Assembly: GCA_963807635.1 (NCBI GenBank)
Contig: CAWEDJ010000093.1
Location: forward strand, 34,119-98,118
From: an uncultured cyanobacterium
GTDB lineage: Bacteria > Cyanobacteriota > Cyanobacteriia > Cyanobacteriales > Microcystaceae
DNA: 64,000 nt
Direction: 5' to 3'
A model generated the notes under the pieces. That model did not search any database and was not told the DNA's origin. It worked only from the letters and a program-made list of their open reading frames with translations. A program made the translations under genes and the position numbers. Below, one piece after another: positions 53,195-63,024 of the stretch. Numbering within the stretch: position 1 is the first letter of the stretch; the number at the start of each line of letters is the position of its first letter.

Positions 53195-53755
53195 ATGAAA
53201 CTATTAACGCCTCATCCTAAAAAATTCACAACAGAATCCTATCACAAAATGTCTGAGCTAGGACTTTTTCAAGAAGGCGATCGCCTAGAATTAATTAAAG
53301 GAGAAATCATTGAAATGTCCCCCGTCGAATTGAAACACGCTTCTTGTGTTAAAAGATTGAATCATTTATTTATGAAAAAACTGGGAGATCAAGTTATTGT
53401 AGGAGTACAAGACCCTATTCAGCTTGACGATAATTCTGAACCTCAGCCCGATTTAGTATTATTAAAACCTCGTTCAGATTTCTATGCTAATGAACATCCC
53501 CAACCAAAGGATATTTTACTGTTGATTGAAGTTTCAGATAGTAGCGTTGAGTATGATCGAACTGTTAAAATTCCCCTTTATGCGGAAAATCAAATTAGTG
53601 AAGTTTGGTTAGTTGATCTCAATGAAAGCTGTTTGGAAATTTACCGAAAGCCCTATCAAAATTATTATCAAAATACCCAAAAACTCTCAGTTATCAACAG
53701 TATTATTTTAAGCAATTTTCCTGAATTTGAAATTAAAATTAGTGATTTATTTTAA
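53195..53755 (+). CDS. Uma2 family (DUF820) PD-(D/E)xK endonuclease
   Basis: FTTESYHKM, RLELIKGEIIEMSP, EPQPDLVLL, LLIEVSDSS..YDR.VK..LYA...EVWLVDL. Confidence 0.93.
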   Translation: MKLLTPHPKKFTTESYHKMSELGLFQEGDRLELIKGEIIEMSPVELKHASCVKRLNHLFMKKLGDQVIVGVQDPIQLDDNSEPQPDLVLLKPRSDFYANEHPQPKDILLLIEVSDSSVEYDRTVKIPLYAENQISEVWLVDLNESCLEIYRKPYQNYYQNTQKLSVINSIILSNFPEFEIKISDLF

Positions 53756-53777
53756 TTATTAAACCCCTGGGAGGCCT

Positions 53778-55715
53778 ATGGCAACTATCCGTTTAGCAAA
53801 GTGGCAATGGTTTATCCTAATCTTACCGATCGCGAGTATCGTGATTTTTCTTCTGGTGGCTGCGTCCTGGCAAATCCATGCCTGGGGAATAAGCTGGATT
53901 TGGGCGATTTTTACCTTCGTTTTTGTTGGTTGGCGATGGTTATTAGTCAAATGGTCAAAACCTGCGGTTAATCAATTAGAAACGGTATTAACGGAAATTC
54001 AACAGGAATTAATGGTTGATCCCGCCGAAGAAATTCCAACTAATCCCGATCGCGATCGCTTAACCCAACTGGAAGCAAATTTACAAAGTATTCTCGAAAA
54101 AGCTCAACAAGACCGACCTATTTGGGAAGATTGGCCGACGTTTTGGGGGCGTTGCCAGGAGGTAATCGTTGCCGTCGCCCATCACTATCATCCCGAAGTC
54201 AAATATCCCCTGCTCAATATCTACATTCCCCAAGCCTACGGACTGATGCGGGGAACGGTGGATGATTTAGACCAATGGATGCAGAAATTATCGCCCACCC
54301 TCAATCAAGTGACTATCGGTCAAGCCTATCAATCCTACGAGGTTTATCAACGCTTAGAACCGTCGTTGCGTAAATTGTGGAAAGTCTGGAATTGGGCCCA
54401 ATGGCTCCTTAATCCTGCCGCCGCCCTAGCCAATCAAGCCAGTAAACGCTCCAACAGCGAAGCCAGTCAGCAATTATTAGTCAATTTAATGCAACTGCTC
54501 CGAGAAGCGGCCCTCAGAAATCTTTCTCGTCAGGCGATCGCACTTTATAGTGGCAACACCCTACCGCCCGATATTTTCGCCACGCCCCAGACAACCTTAG
54601 CCAAAGCCCAAACCCAAACCCTCAAACAACTTTTATTAGAAGCCGAATCCCCTGAAATCGTCCAAGCCAAACCCCTGAACATTTTGCTCGTCGGTCGAAC
54701 GGGTGCAGGGAAAAGCAGTTTAATTAATACGCTCTTTCAATCGCAACTCGCGGTCATTGATCTATTGCCCAGCACAGAGGCAGTCCAGGAATATCAATGG
54801 CAAACCGATGATGGTCAAACCCTAACGCTGTGGGATACACCAGGCTACGAGCAAGCTGAGCGGTCAGATTTACGGGAACAGGTTTTAGCCTATGCCAGCA
54901 CCGCCGATCTCCTGTTATTAATTAATCCCGCCCTCGATCCCGCTTTACAGATGGATGCGGATTTTTTGCGAGATATGGCTCAACAAGTTCCCGATTTACC
55001 AACCCTCGTTTTAGTGAGTCAAGTCGATCGCCTGCGTCCGTTTCGGGAATGGAATCCACCCTACAATTGGCAATCAGGAGATCAGCCCAAGGAAAAATCC
55101 ATTCGAGAAGCCGTTACCTATCGGGTTGAACAATTAGGGGATTATTGCTCCCAGGTTCTGCCCGTAGTCATGGGTGATCCCAGTGTTAACCGAAATTCCT
55201 GGGGAATCGATGCGTTATCTGTTGCCCTCCTAGACGCGATCGCCCCTGCCAAACAACTACGCCTAGCCCGCTTTTTGCAAAACCTAGAAGCCCGAACTTT
55301 AGCGGCGGCCAAAATCATTGATCATTACGTTTTCCAAATGGGAACAACCCAAGGATTAACTGCTTTATTAAAAAGTCCCGTCTTACAGTTTATTTCAACC
55401 CTGTCCACAGGTTCCCCGACGCTGGCCTATTTACTCGCCGAAAAAATTCCCATTGAACAATTGCCCCTCGTGATCGGCAAATTACAAATGGCCTACGATT
55501 TATTTTCCCTATTTAATAGCACCAGTGAGCAAGACCTCAATTTTGATCTGCTCAAGCTTTGGCCCCTGTTATTAGAAAATGACGCAACCTGCGATCGCAA
55601 TGCTTGGGCCTTTGGTCATGCCTTAGTTGAATATTGGACGCAATCCTTAACGCCTGTTCAACTAGAAGCAAAATTCAAGTCCTATCTCCAATCAACCGAG
55701 AGAAACTTTTCATGA
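53778..55715 (+). CDS. Membrane-anchored GTPase family protein (YcjF-related)
   Basis: Two N-terminal TMs, GRTGAGKSSLIN, WDTPGY, SQVDRL.P.REW.PPY. Confidence 0.85.
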   Translation: MATIRLAKWQWFILILPIASIVIFLLVAASWQIHAWGISWIWAIFTFVFVGWRWLLVKWSKPAVNQLETVLTEIQQELMVDPAEEIPTNPDRDRLTQLEANLQSILEKAQQDRPIWEDWPTFWGRCQEVIVAVAHHYHPEVKYPLLNIYIPQAYGLMRGTVDDLDQWMQKLSPTLNQVTIGQAYQSYEVYQRLEPSLRKLWKVWNWAQWLLNPAAALANQASKRSNSEASQQLLVNLMQLLREAALRNLSRQAIALYSGNTLPPDIFATPQTTLAKAQTQTLKQLLLEAESPEIVQAKPLNILLVGRTGAGKSSLINTLFQSQLAVIDLLPSTEAVQEYQWQTDDGQTLTLWDTPGYEQAERSDLREQVLAYASTADLLLLINPALDPALQMDADFLRDMAQQVPDLPTLVLVSQVDRLRPFREWNPPYNWQSGDQPKEKSIREAVTYRVEQLGDYCSQVLPVVMGDPSVNRNSWGIDALSVALLDAIAPAKQLRLARFLQNLEARTLAAAKIIDHYVFQMGTTQGLTALLKSPVLQFISTLSTGSPTLAYLLAEKIPIEQLPLVIGKLQMAYDLFSLFNSTSEQDLNFDLLKLWPLLLENDATCDRNAWAFGHALVEYWTQSLTPVQLEAKFKSYLQSTERNFS

Positions 55716-55824
55716 TGACTGATTCCCCATGCAATCCGTCTTGCTAAAAATAAGATTAATCAACTAATCTTAGCTCGCCACTTGATACAATTAGAATCAA
55801 TATACTGACTCTAGTGACAAGCTA

Positions 55825-57276
55825 ATGCTCCAAGTTTCTGAAAAAGAAATTAAAAACCGTCTGATTTTCGATAATCCTTGGTGGGATGAGGCACAAATAG
55901 ACGAGCGTTTCAATAATCTGCCCAGACGCTCCTATTTTGAATCATTTTTCGGGCTAATGACGGATAAATCAATCAATCGGGCCTTGATTTTGATGGGGCC
56001 AAGACGGGTTGGCAAAACAGTCATGGTTTATCACGCCATTCAAAGATTGATCAATGAAGGCTTGAAAGCGACTCAAATTTTATATGTCTCCATAGAAACA
56101 CCTGTTTATACGGGCTTAAGTTTAGAGAAACTGCTTAATTTATTTAATGAACTCCATACTCACGGTCGCAAAGATAATTTAGTAATATTTTTTGATGAAA
56201 TTCAATATCTAAAAAATTGGGAAGTTCATCTTAAATCTCTCGTTGATTCCTATCCTGACTATAAATTTGTGGCCACAGGATCGGCGGCAGCAGCTTTACG
56301 ATTAAAAAGTATTGAATCAGGGGCAGGACGTTTTTCTAATTTTATTCTTCCTCCTCTAACTTTTGCTGAATATTTAAGATTTATTGACCAAGAAAAAGAA
56401 TTTACTTTTAGAGAATCAGTCTTGAATAGTGAAATTGGAATAAAAGAATATGAATTTAAAGCACTTGATATTTATAAATTAAACCAAGAATTTATCAATT
56501 ATCTCAACTATGGAGGCTATCCTGAAGCGGTGTTTTCTAAAACGATTCAAAATGATAGTTCTCAATTTATTAAAAGTGATATTATTGACAAAGTTCTATT
56601 AAGAGATTTGCCCAGTTTATACGGTATTAATGATATTCAGGAGTTAAACAGATTATTTACTACCCTTGCTTATAATACAGGCAACGAAGTTAGTTTAGAA
56701 TCCCTTTCCCAATCAGCAGGTGTTGCCAAAAATACCCTGAAACGCTATTTAGAATATCTAGAAGCAGCCTTTTTAATTAAATGTGTCAATCGGATTGATC
56801 AGAATGCTAAACATTTTAAGCGTGTTACTGCCTTTAAAGTGTATTTAACCAATCCCTCTATGAGAGCGGCTTTATTTGGCTTTTTAACGGAAGATGATCC
56901 AGCAATGGGTTCTTTAACAGAAACAGCTCTTTTTAGTCAATGGTTACATAGTCGAGCAATTGATCAAATTTACTATGCTCGCTGGAAAAAAGGAGAAGTT
57001 GATCTAGTTTATGTATCTTCTTCTACTCAAAAGCCTGAATGGTGTGTGGAAGTCAAATGGTCGGATAGAATTGTCAATAATGTTAGTGAACTTGATGCTC
57101 TGGTTGAATTCACTCAGAATAATATTTTGTCTTTATCACCATTAGTCACAACCAAAACTCTTACGGATCAATTTTTAATAAAGGGAGTTATAGTGCGTTT
57201 TCAACCGATCGCAGAATATGTTTATAACGTAGGGAAAAATCTTCTCGAAAAAAAAGTCACAGACAAATCTTTGTAG
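55825..57276 (+). CDS. AAA_14 ATPase with DUF4143 and a C-terminal PD-(D/E)xK-like motif
   Basis: NPWW, GPRRVGKT, FFDEIQ, TGSAA, ESGAGR, GGYPE, EVDLV...VEVKWS. Confidence 0.88.
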   Translation: MLQVSEKEIKNRLIFDNPWWDEAQIDERFNNLPRRSYFESFFGLMTDKSINRALILMGPRRVGKTVMVYHAIQRLINEGLKATQILYVSIETPVYTGLSLEKLLNLFNELHTHGRKDNLVIFFDEIQYLKNWEVHLKSLVDSYPDYKFVATGSAAAALRLKSIESGAGRFSNFILPPLTFAEYLRFIDQEKEFTFRESVLNSEIGIKEYEFKALDIYKLNQEFINYLNYGGYPEAVFSKTIQNDSSQFIKSDIIDKVLLRDLPSLYGINDIQELNRLFTTLAYNTGNEVSLESLSQSAGVAKNTLKRYLEYLEAAFLIKCVNRIDQNAKHFKRVTAFKVYLTNPSMRAALFGFLTEDDPAMGSLTETALFSQWLHSRAIDQIYYARWKKGEVDLVYVSSSTQKPEWCVEVKWSDRIVNNVSELDALVEFTQNNILSLSPLVTTKTLTDQFLIKGVIVRFQPIAEYVYNVGKNLLEKKVTDKSL

Positions 57277-57299
57277 AGAAATAATATATTCTGTCCTTA
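57273..57299 (+). repeat. Degenerate GTAG-type REP overlapping the ATPase stop codon
   Basis: GTAGAGAAATAATATATTCTGTCCTTA. Confidence 0.6.
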
Positions 57300-57439
57300 A
57301 CCTGCAAGGACTTTAATCAAAAAGTACCATAAAAATCATGTTAGCATGACAGAATAAACTTTAACCTATCTAAGATTGTTGATCTTCAAACAATAAGCTA
57401 TATTTCATCAATGATCCTAGCAAAACTCATGTAAATTCT

Positions 57440-58303
57440 TTGAAAACCATGATTAAACTCGGCACTGAAGAACACAAAAAATGCTTTTGTCAACATTTTA
57501 TCAATACCCACCTCAACTATGAACCCGAAACCCTTCCTTGGCCAGAATTAAAAGGCGTTGCTCTAGAAAGAATGCGGTCAATCCCTTTCTGGAAAGAAGC
57601 CCTTTATACCGAACGAAAAGCAGGTATTATGGTCAGTCGTTTTGCCCAAAGCATTGAAGATCCCGTCCTCAAAGAAGCGATCGCCTTACAAGGAAGAGAA
57701 GAAACCCGTCATGGTCGGTTAATTGGTCATCTGATTAAACACTATGGCATTGAAATCGAAGAACCCGAAAGAGCAGAAATTCCCAAAAATATCGAAATAG
57801 CTTTTATCGATTTTGGTTTTGAAGAATGTTTAGATTCTTATTTTGCTTTTGGCATGTTTAATATCGCTCAACAAGCGAACTATTTACCCGATGAAATCTT
57901 TAACATTTTTGATCCAATTTTAGATGAAGAGGCCCGTCACATTGTCTTTTTTGTAAATTGGTTTACCTATTTCCAAATTCAACGGGGACAAGGTTTTTCT
58001 GCCTTGAGAGCCTTACGCACTAGTTGGCATTATGGCAGGGCTTTGAAAGGATTAATAGATGTGTTTGGAGGTGTGGCAGAAAGGGATGATCAAGCTTTTA
58101 CTGCAACCAGTGCCACCATGTTTATGGATGATCTTACCCCTGAATTATTTTTTGAAACTTGTTTACAACAAAATACTAAACGGATAAGTAAATTTTCTCC
58201 TGAACTTTTACAACCCGAATTATTACCTAATTTATCTAAAATTGCTCTCTTATTTTTGCGTTTACTACCAAAAAAAAAACGCGATCGCCCATTCTTAATT
58301 TAA
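57440..58303 (+). CDS. Ferritin-like diiron domain protein
   Basis: Two EExxH motifs (REETRHG, DEEARHI), EECLDSYFAFG, PETLPWPEL. Confidence 0.8.
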   Translation: MKTMIKLGTEEHKKCFCQHFINTHLNYEPETLPWPELKGVALERMRSIPFWKEALYTERKAGIMVSRFAQSIEDPVLKEAIALQGREETRHGRLIGHLIKHYGIEIEEPERAEIPKNIEIAFIDFGFEECLDSYFAFGMFNIAQQANYLPDEIFNIFDPILDEEARHIVFFVNWFTYFQIQRGQGFSALRALRTSWHYGRALKGLIDVFGGVAERDDQAFTATSATMFMDDLTPELFFETCLQQNTKRISKFSPELLQPELLPNLSKIALLFLRLLPKKKRDRPFLI

Positions 58304-58334
58304 AGTAACGAGATAGATTAAAAAATTGTTGCTC

Positions 58335-58436
58335 TAAGCTGTCGCGCATTTAAATTACATAGTGTTTTTTCTAAAAGCTTTTTAACAAGGAGCTTAAGCC
58401 CCTTGCCTGTATGCAGTTTAGATGATTAACAGCTTA
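58335..58436. mobile_element. ~100-bp miniature inverted-repeat element carrying an internal palindrome
   Basis: Imperfect TIRs TAAGCTGTCGCGCATTTAAATTACAT and ATGCAGTTTAGATGATTAACAGCTTA enclosing CAAGGAGCTTAAGCCCCTTG. Confidence 0.55.
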
Positions 58437-58782
58437 CCGAACCTGTCTTGCCAAACTAACAAACAAAATGCCAAAATCAAATTCCTCAAAAAGGTTTAAA
58501 CAACTTCCTGTTTCTTAAATTCTCTAAAATCAATTAATAAATCATCAATTTCGGTTTGTCGCATTCGGAACGCTTCATTATAAATAATGGACAAACATTT
58601 ATTGAATTGTTTGGGTAATAGGGATTCATCTAGTAATTTATTAAATAATTTGGGGAATGAAAATAATCCATAGGTACTACCATAATTTTTGCTACTACCC
58701 GTTGCGGTGAATAAATAGTGATAGGGAAAGATATTTTTTTCAGAAATGTCGGAACAAAAGAAAGCCAAAAAGATAATAAATA

Positions 58783-60432
58783 GGGCTTGCTGAAAAAGTC
58801 AAAAAACAGGAAGAGGGGATTAATTTATGAATTTAAGGCGAGTAAAACATAAGGGTTAAATGAATTGTCAACACAAAGCATAAGCTGGGCTAATAAGAGG
58901 GCAGAAAAATAAGCTCTTCTTCCGAAAAAGACAAAAAAAACGTAAAACCTGCCGAAGCAGGGCAAAAAGATTGATGACTAAAAAGGTGATAGCAATAGCG
59001 GTTTCAGAGGTATCAGGAAGTTTTGTCATAACTCGATTGAGGCTAAATCGTCTCTTTGCTTGACCAAATTTGCCTTCAATAGCATTACGGTCTCTTTCAT
59101 CTTGAAGAGCTTCTTTCTTTTTTTCTGGACTAATATTTGTGGGTCGTCTTCCCAAGGGTGGGCCACTCAATCGAATTCCCTTCTCCTTACAAAAAGCGCG
59201 ATTTTCCCTTGTGCGATAGATTGCATCAGCATGAACAGACTGGGGATAGTAGCCTGTCTCACGTTTAAACTCTTCTATTTGTCCTTTGAAGTCGCCTGAT
59301 TCATTATAATTATCCCAACTTAATCGGTATAAATAAAGATATCCATTCACATAACTTGCTGATAGTTTTGCACCAAACTCTACTGGCGTTCCCGCTTTTC
59401 CTCTAACAATGGGACGAACATGAGGTTGAGTCAAACTCACAATTCTATTTTCTACCTTATTTTCTTTATTTTCATACATTCCTACTTGTTGCTCATAGGC
59501 TTTTTGTATTATCGACAGTATCTTTTCGTCTTTTTTACTTAATTTTGCGACCTCTTTATCTTCTCTTAATTTTTCTATATGGGAAAGGTTTCTTTTGATA
59601 TATTGGATTTGTTTTTTTATGCCCTTTCTCCTTTCTTTTCTCGACGGACGGCGTTTTTTTGACAATTTTAAGTAATCTTTTCTGGCTCTTATTCTATAGG
59701 TTCTTGGTTTTTTTCCTTTTTTTTTAGTTTTTTTATACAAGTTGTCTATTATTTTTTCGGTTTTTTCTCTTGCCTCATTCAAGATTCCTATATCTGTTGG
59801 ATATTTGATGTCTGCTGGTGCACAGGTTGCATCTATTAATAGCTTTCCTCTATTCTGATTTTCCCCTTCACTTTTTTCTTTTACTTCTGATAATATTTCT
59901 TCTTCTTTTTTTACCATTGCTTTATTTATTTGATTCACCAAGTCCATTCCTATTCTTTGACGGAAATGTACTAACAGTGACGCATCAAATGCCTCCTCAT
60001 TTTCATATACTTCTAGTCCTATAAAATATTGTAAGTAAGGGTTTTCTTTTATTTGTTCTACTGTTTCTCGGTCACTTATTCTCAATATTTCTTTTATTAT
60101 TAATGACCCTAATGCCATCCTAAATGGTTTGGCTGTCGCTCCTTTATTTTCTGAAAATTGTTTTGCATATTCTTCTTCAAATTCCTCCCACGGAATTATT
60201 TTTGACATGATTACCCAACGATTTTCTTCTTTTGGCTTCCACTCACTTGGTATTTTGAAGTTTTCAACAGTCGATTTTTCGGATTCTTTTTTGGGGTACA
60301 TCGTTCAATGCTCTGGAAGGGGAGGGGTGCAAGCCTTTTCACTCATTTTAGACCTTTTTTTTGCACTTTTTTTGCTCTCTAAATCCCCTCATCTCTTTTC
60401 TTATAAGGCTTTCAGCTTTTTTCAGCAAGCTC
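58783..60432 (-). mobile_element. IS5 family insertion sequence (~1.65 kb)
   Basis: TIRs GGGCTTGCTGAAAAA and TTTTTCAGCAAGCTC. Flanking duplication TAAATA (58777-58782, 60433-60438), equivalently AAAT if the TIRs are 1 nt longer. Confidence 0.93.
58868..60301 (-). CDS. IS5 family DDE transposase
   Basis: ENRWV..IPW, SDRETVEQIKENPYLQYF, LIDATC, RPIVRGKA..VEFGAK, HADAIY, RNAIEGKFGQAKR. Confidence 0.95.
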   Translation of the reverse strand: MYPKKESEKSTVENFKIPSEWKPKEENRWVIMSKIIPWEEFEEEYAKQFSENKGATAKPFRMALGSLIIKEILRISDRETVEQIKENPYLQYFIGLEVYENEEAFDASLLVHFRQRIGMDLVNQINKAMVKKEEEILSEVKEKSEGENQNRGKLLIDATCAPADIKYPTDIGILNEAREKTEKIIDNLYKKTKKKGKKPRTYRIRARKDYLKLSKKRRPSRKERRKGIKKQIQYIKRNLSHIEKLREDKEVAKLSKKDEKILSIIQKAYEQQVGMYENKENKVENRIVSLTQPHVRPIVRGKAGTPVEFGAKLSASYVNGYLYLYRLSWDNYNESGDFKGQIEEFKRETGYYPQSVHADAIYRTRENRAFCKEKGIRLSGPPLGRRPTNISPEKKKEALQDERDRNAIEGKFGQAKRRFSLNRVMTKLPDTSETAIAITFLVINLFALLRQVLRFFCLFRKKSLFFCPLISPAYALC

Positions 60433-61545
60433 TAAATAAGGGAATAACAATTGTTTGTTTTTCTACCGTATCTTTGAGAATTTGTTTAACGGTGATCTTG
60501 TGATAGCCAATATTACTATAGTCAGAATTTAACAATTCTTTCAAAGGAAGTTCCTGGGGATTATTGGGAAAATGTAACATCACACCCGAATCACTAAGGT
60601 CATAAATTAATTTTTGCCATTTATTAAAATTCACATTATCTAGACTGTAATTGAGATCGCAATAATTCACAATTTCTTTTAAAGCTTCTTCAAATTGGGG
60701 AGGAAGCATAACATCATCATATTGATAGAGATCATCTGGAATGGGAGGACGAAAATGACGGACTAAAAGTAGCCGATGAACTGTCGGATTGAAAAATTCG
60801 ATGAGCTTGTTTATATCGCGATCGCGATTTCTGAAGGAGGTGATAGATTGGTTATAACGGTCTTTAACGACCATTAAAAGATTACCTGGTTGCAGATTAA
60901 AAGATTGCTTATAAATTTTGCCTCTTAAGTTTTCTTTATGGTTTTCAAGGCTTTCTTTAATGGCATTCTCTATGCTGATTTTTAGGGGACTACCTTTGGG
61001 AAAATCAACTTCTATAAAATCGATAATATGTAAGGGTGTCCAAATGTCATCGTAAAGAAAATTTATAACAGATTTACCAAATTCATCAATGATTAATCGT
61101 TTACGTTGTTTTTGCCGTTCTTTTTGTTCTTCTATCGATAATTTTGCTTTCGGCTGAATGGTTTCTTCAGCGACAATTGGAGATTTAGATGGAATCGGTT
61201 CGGTCGTGGTTTCCAGTCGTTTTTTAAAAAATTTGTTAAGCATTATAAAAAATTGAATTAATAAATTGAGATTGGTAAAATTTTAGGACTAACCCTGTAA
61301 ACGATGCTCAGGATGCGGCGATCGCGACTTAAGCTGAAATATTCATACTAGGGGTCTAGACTTTTGTTTCGACTGCTTATCATGATTATTTTTCCAGCAT
61401 AAATGATCTTTCTAGAAATGAGAGTCGGAAAAAGTCAGTTTTTGTCTGTTGTTTTGAGTGATGACATAACTGAGCAAAATCTCTCAGGATTGACTACCCT
61501 AGAAAAAGAAACCGCGCCCCGTTAGTTTTCCTAACTGATAACGCC

Positions 61546-62886
61546 ATGATAGAGGAACAAAATGCCGAGAATGTGAATTTAACTGTGGAAACGGTGGAAC
61601 CCGTAACCGATGAGACATCTTTGGTAGACAACGCGGTGACTGTCGCTCCGTCCTGGGTCGATCATCTCGCCAGGCTCTGGAACACGACCACGACCAACCT
61701 CAACAAGCTACTTCCTGTAGAACAACTAACCCAGGGCATTGTCAAAGGATTTACGGTCAATGAAGAGCAAATGGCCGAAATTTTAGAAACAATTCGAGCT
61801 GAGTTGCCCACCACCGAAGCCCTGCTAATCGGCAAACCCCAGGCGGGGAAAAGCTCTATTATTCGGGGTTTAACGGGCGTTTCTGAAGCGATTGTTGGTC
61901 AGGGCTTTCGACCTCACACCCAACATACCCAGCGTTATGCCTATCCCTCGGCGGAAGTTCCCCTGCTCATTTTTACGGATACCGTTGGTTTAGGGGATAT
62001 TAATCAAAATATTGATGTAATTATCGAAGAATTGGTCAACGATCTCAAGGAATCTACCCATCGCGGGCGGGTCTTTATCCTGACGGTCAAGATTAATGAT
62101 TTTGCCACGGATACTCTGCGACAAGTGATTCAAAAATTACGTCAGGAATATCCTCAAATTCCCTGTTTATTAGTTGTTACCTGTCTCCACGAAGTTTATC
62201 CTACTGAAATGACCGATCATCCCGTGTATCCTCCCGATTTCCCTGAAATAAGCAGGGCTTTTACAGAAATCAAGGAAAATTTTGGGGATTTCTCCGACTG
62301 TCAGATATTAATCGATTTTACCTTGGAGAGCGATGGTTATACGCCGATTTTCTATGGATTAGAGTCTCTACGGGATACTTTAGCGGAGTTATTGCCTGAA
62401 GCCGAGGCGCGATCGATCCATCAATTATTAGATGGCGCAACGATGAAACAAATCGGGAATCTTTATCGAGATGTGGGGCGACGATATAGCCTAGCTTTTT
62501 CGATCATTGCGGCAACCTTGGCGGCGGTTCCCCTTCCCTTTGCGACGATGCCTGTTTTAACGGCTTTACAGGTTTCTTTGGTGGGTTTACTCGGTAAATT
62601 GTATGGACAAATTTTAACCCCTTCCCAAGCAGGTGGAGTTGTCAGTGCGATCGCGGGGGGATTTTTGGCTCAAGCAGTGGGGCGGGAATTAATCAAATTT
62701 GTACCTGGTTTTGGCAGTGTGATTGCGGCTTCTTGGGCGGCGGCCTATACCTGGGCATTAGGGGAAGGAGCTTGTGTCTATTTTGGAGATTTGATGGGAG
62801 GCAAGAAACCCGATCCGAAACAGATTCAATTGGTGATGAAAGAAGCGTTTAAATCAGCCCAAGAACGGTTTACCTCTAAAACTTAA
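61546..62886 (+). CDS. YcjF/DUF697 family GTPase
   Basis: GKPQAGKSS, DTVGLG, TCLHE, AAVPLPFATMPVLTALQ, KFVPGFGSVIAA. Confidence 0.88.
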   Translation: MIEEQNAENVNLTVETVEPVTDETSLVDNAVTVAPSWVDHLARLWNTTTTNLNKLLPVEQLTQGIVKGFTVNEEQMAEILETIRAELPTTEALLIGKPQAGKSSIIRGLTGVSEAIVGQGFRPHTQHTQRYAYPSAEVPLLIFTDTVGLGDINQNIDVIIEELVNDLKESTHRGRVFILTVKINDFATDTLRQVIQKLRQEYPQIPCLLVVTCLHEVYPTEMTDHPVYPPDFPEISRAFTEIKENFGDFSDCQILIDFTLESDGYTPIFYGLESLRDTLAELLPEAEARSIHQLLDGATMKQIGNLYRDVGRRYSLAFSIIAATLAAVPLPFATMPVLTALQVSLVGLLGKLYGQILTPSQAGGVVSAIAGGFLAQAVGRELIKFVPGFGSVIAASWAAAYTWALGEGACVYFGDLMGGKKPDPKQIQLVMKEAFKSAQERFTSKT

Positions 62887-63024
62887 GTCTATCTAAATTA
62901 ATCGTAGTTTTTAGCAGTTGGCTATCGGCGATCGCTTTCGGTTAGGTTAATGGCAAATCGGAGTCGATGATTGTGACTTCTTCATAATTAGTTCGTAAGG
63001 TTTATAAATAAAATTACCTATTTC

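Larger units (their letters stand above)
58496..61243 (-). pseudogene. Hypothetical protein (~363 aa) interrupted by IS5
   Basis: Removing the IS and one duplicate joins ...QTIVIPLF to IIFLAFFCSDISEK... in frame. Confidence 0.8.

Noticed and set aside
2514..60503. Many short overlapping or antisense ORFs (e.g. 2514, 6143, 16652, 19894, 23887, 28165, 33931, 51310, 59060, 60129)
   Set aside because: They are shadows of well-supported genes or the IS and show no recognisable motifs.
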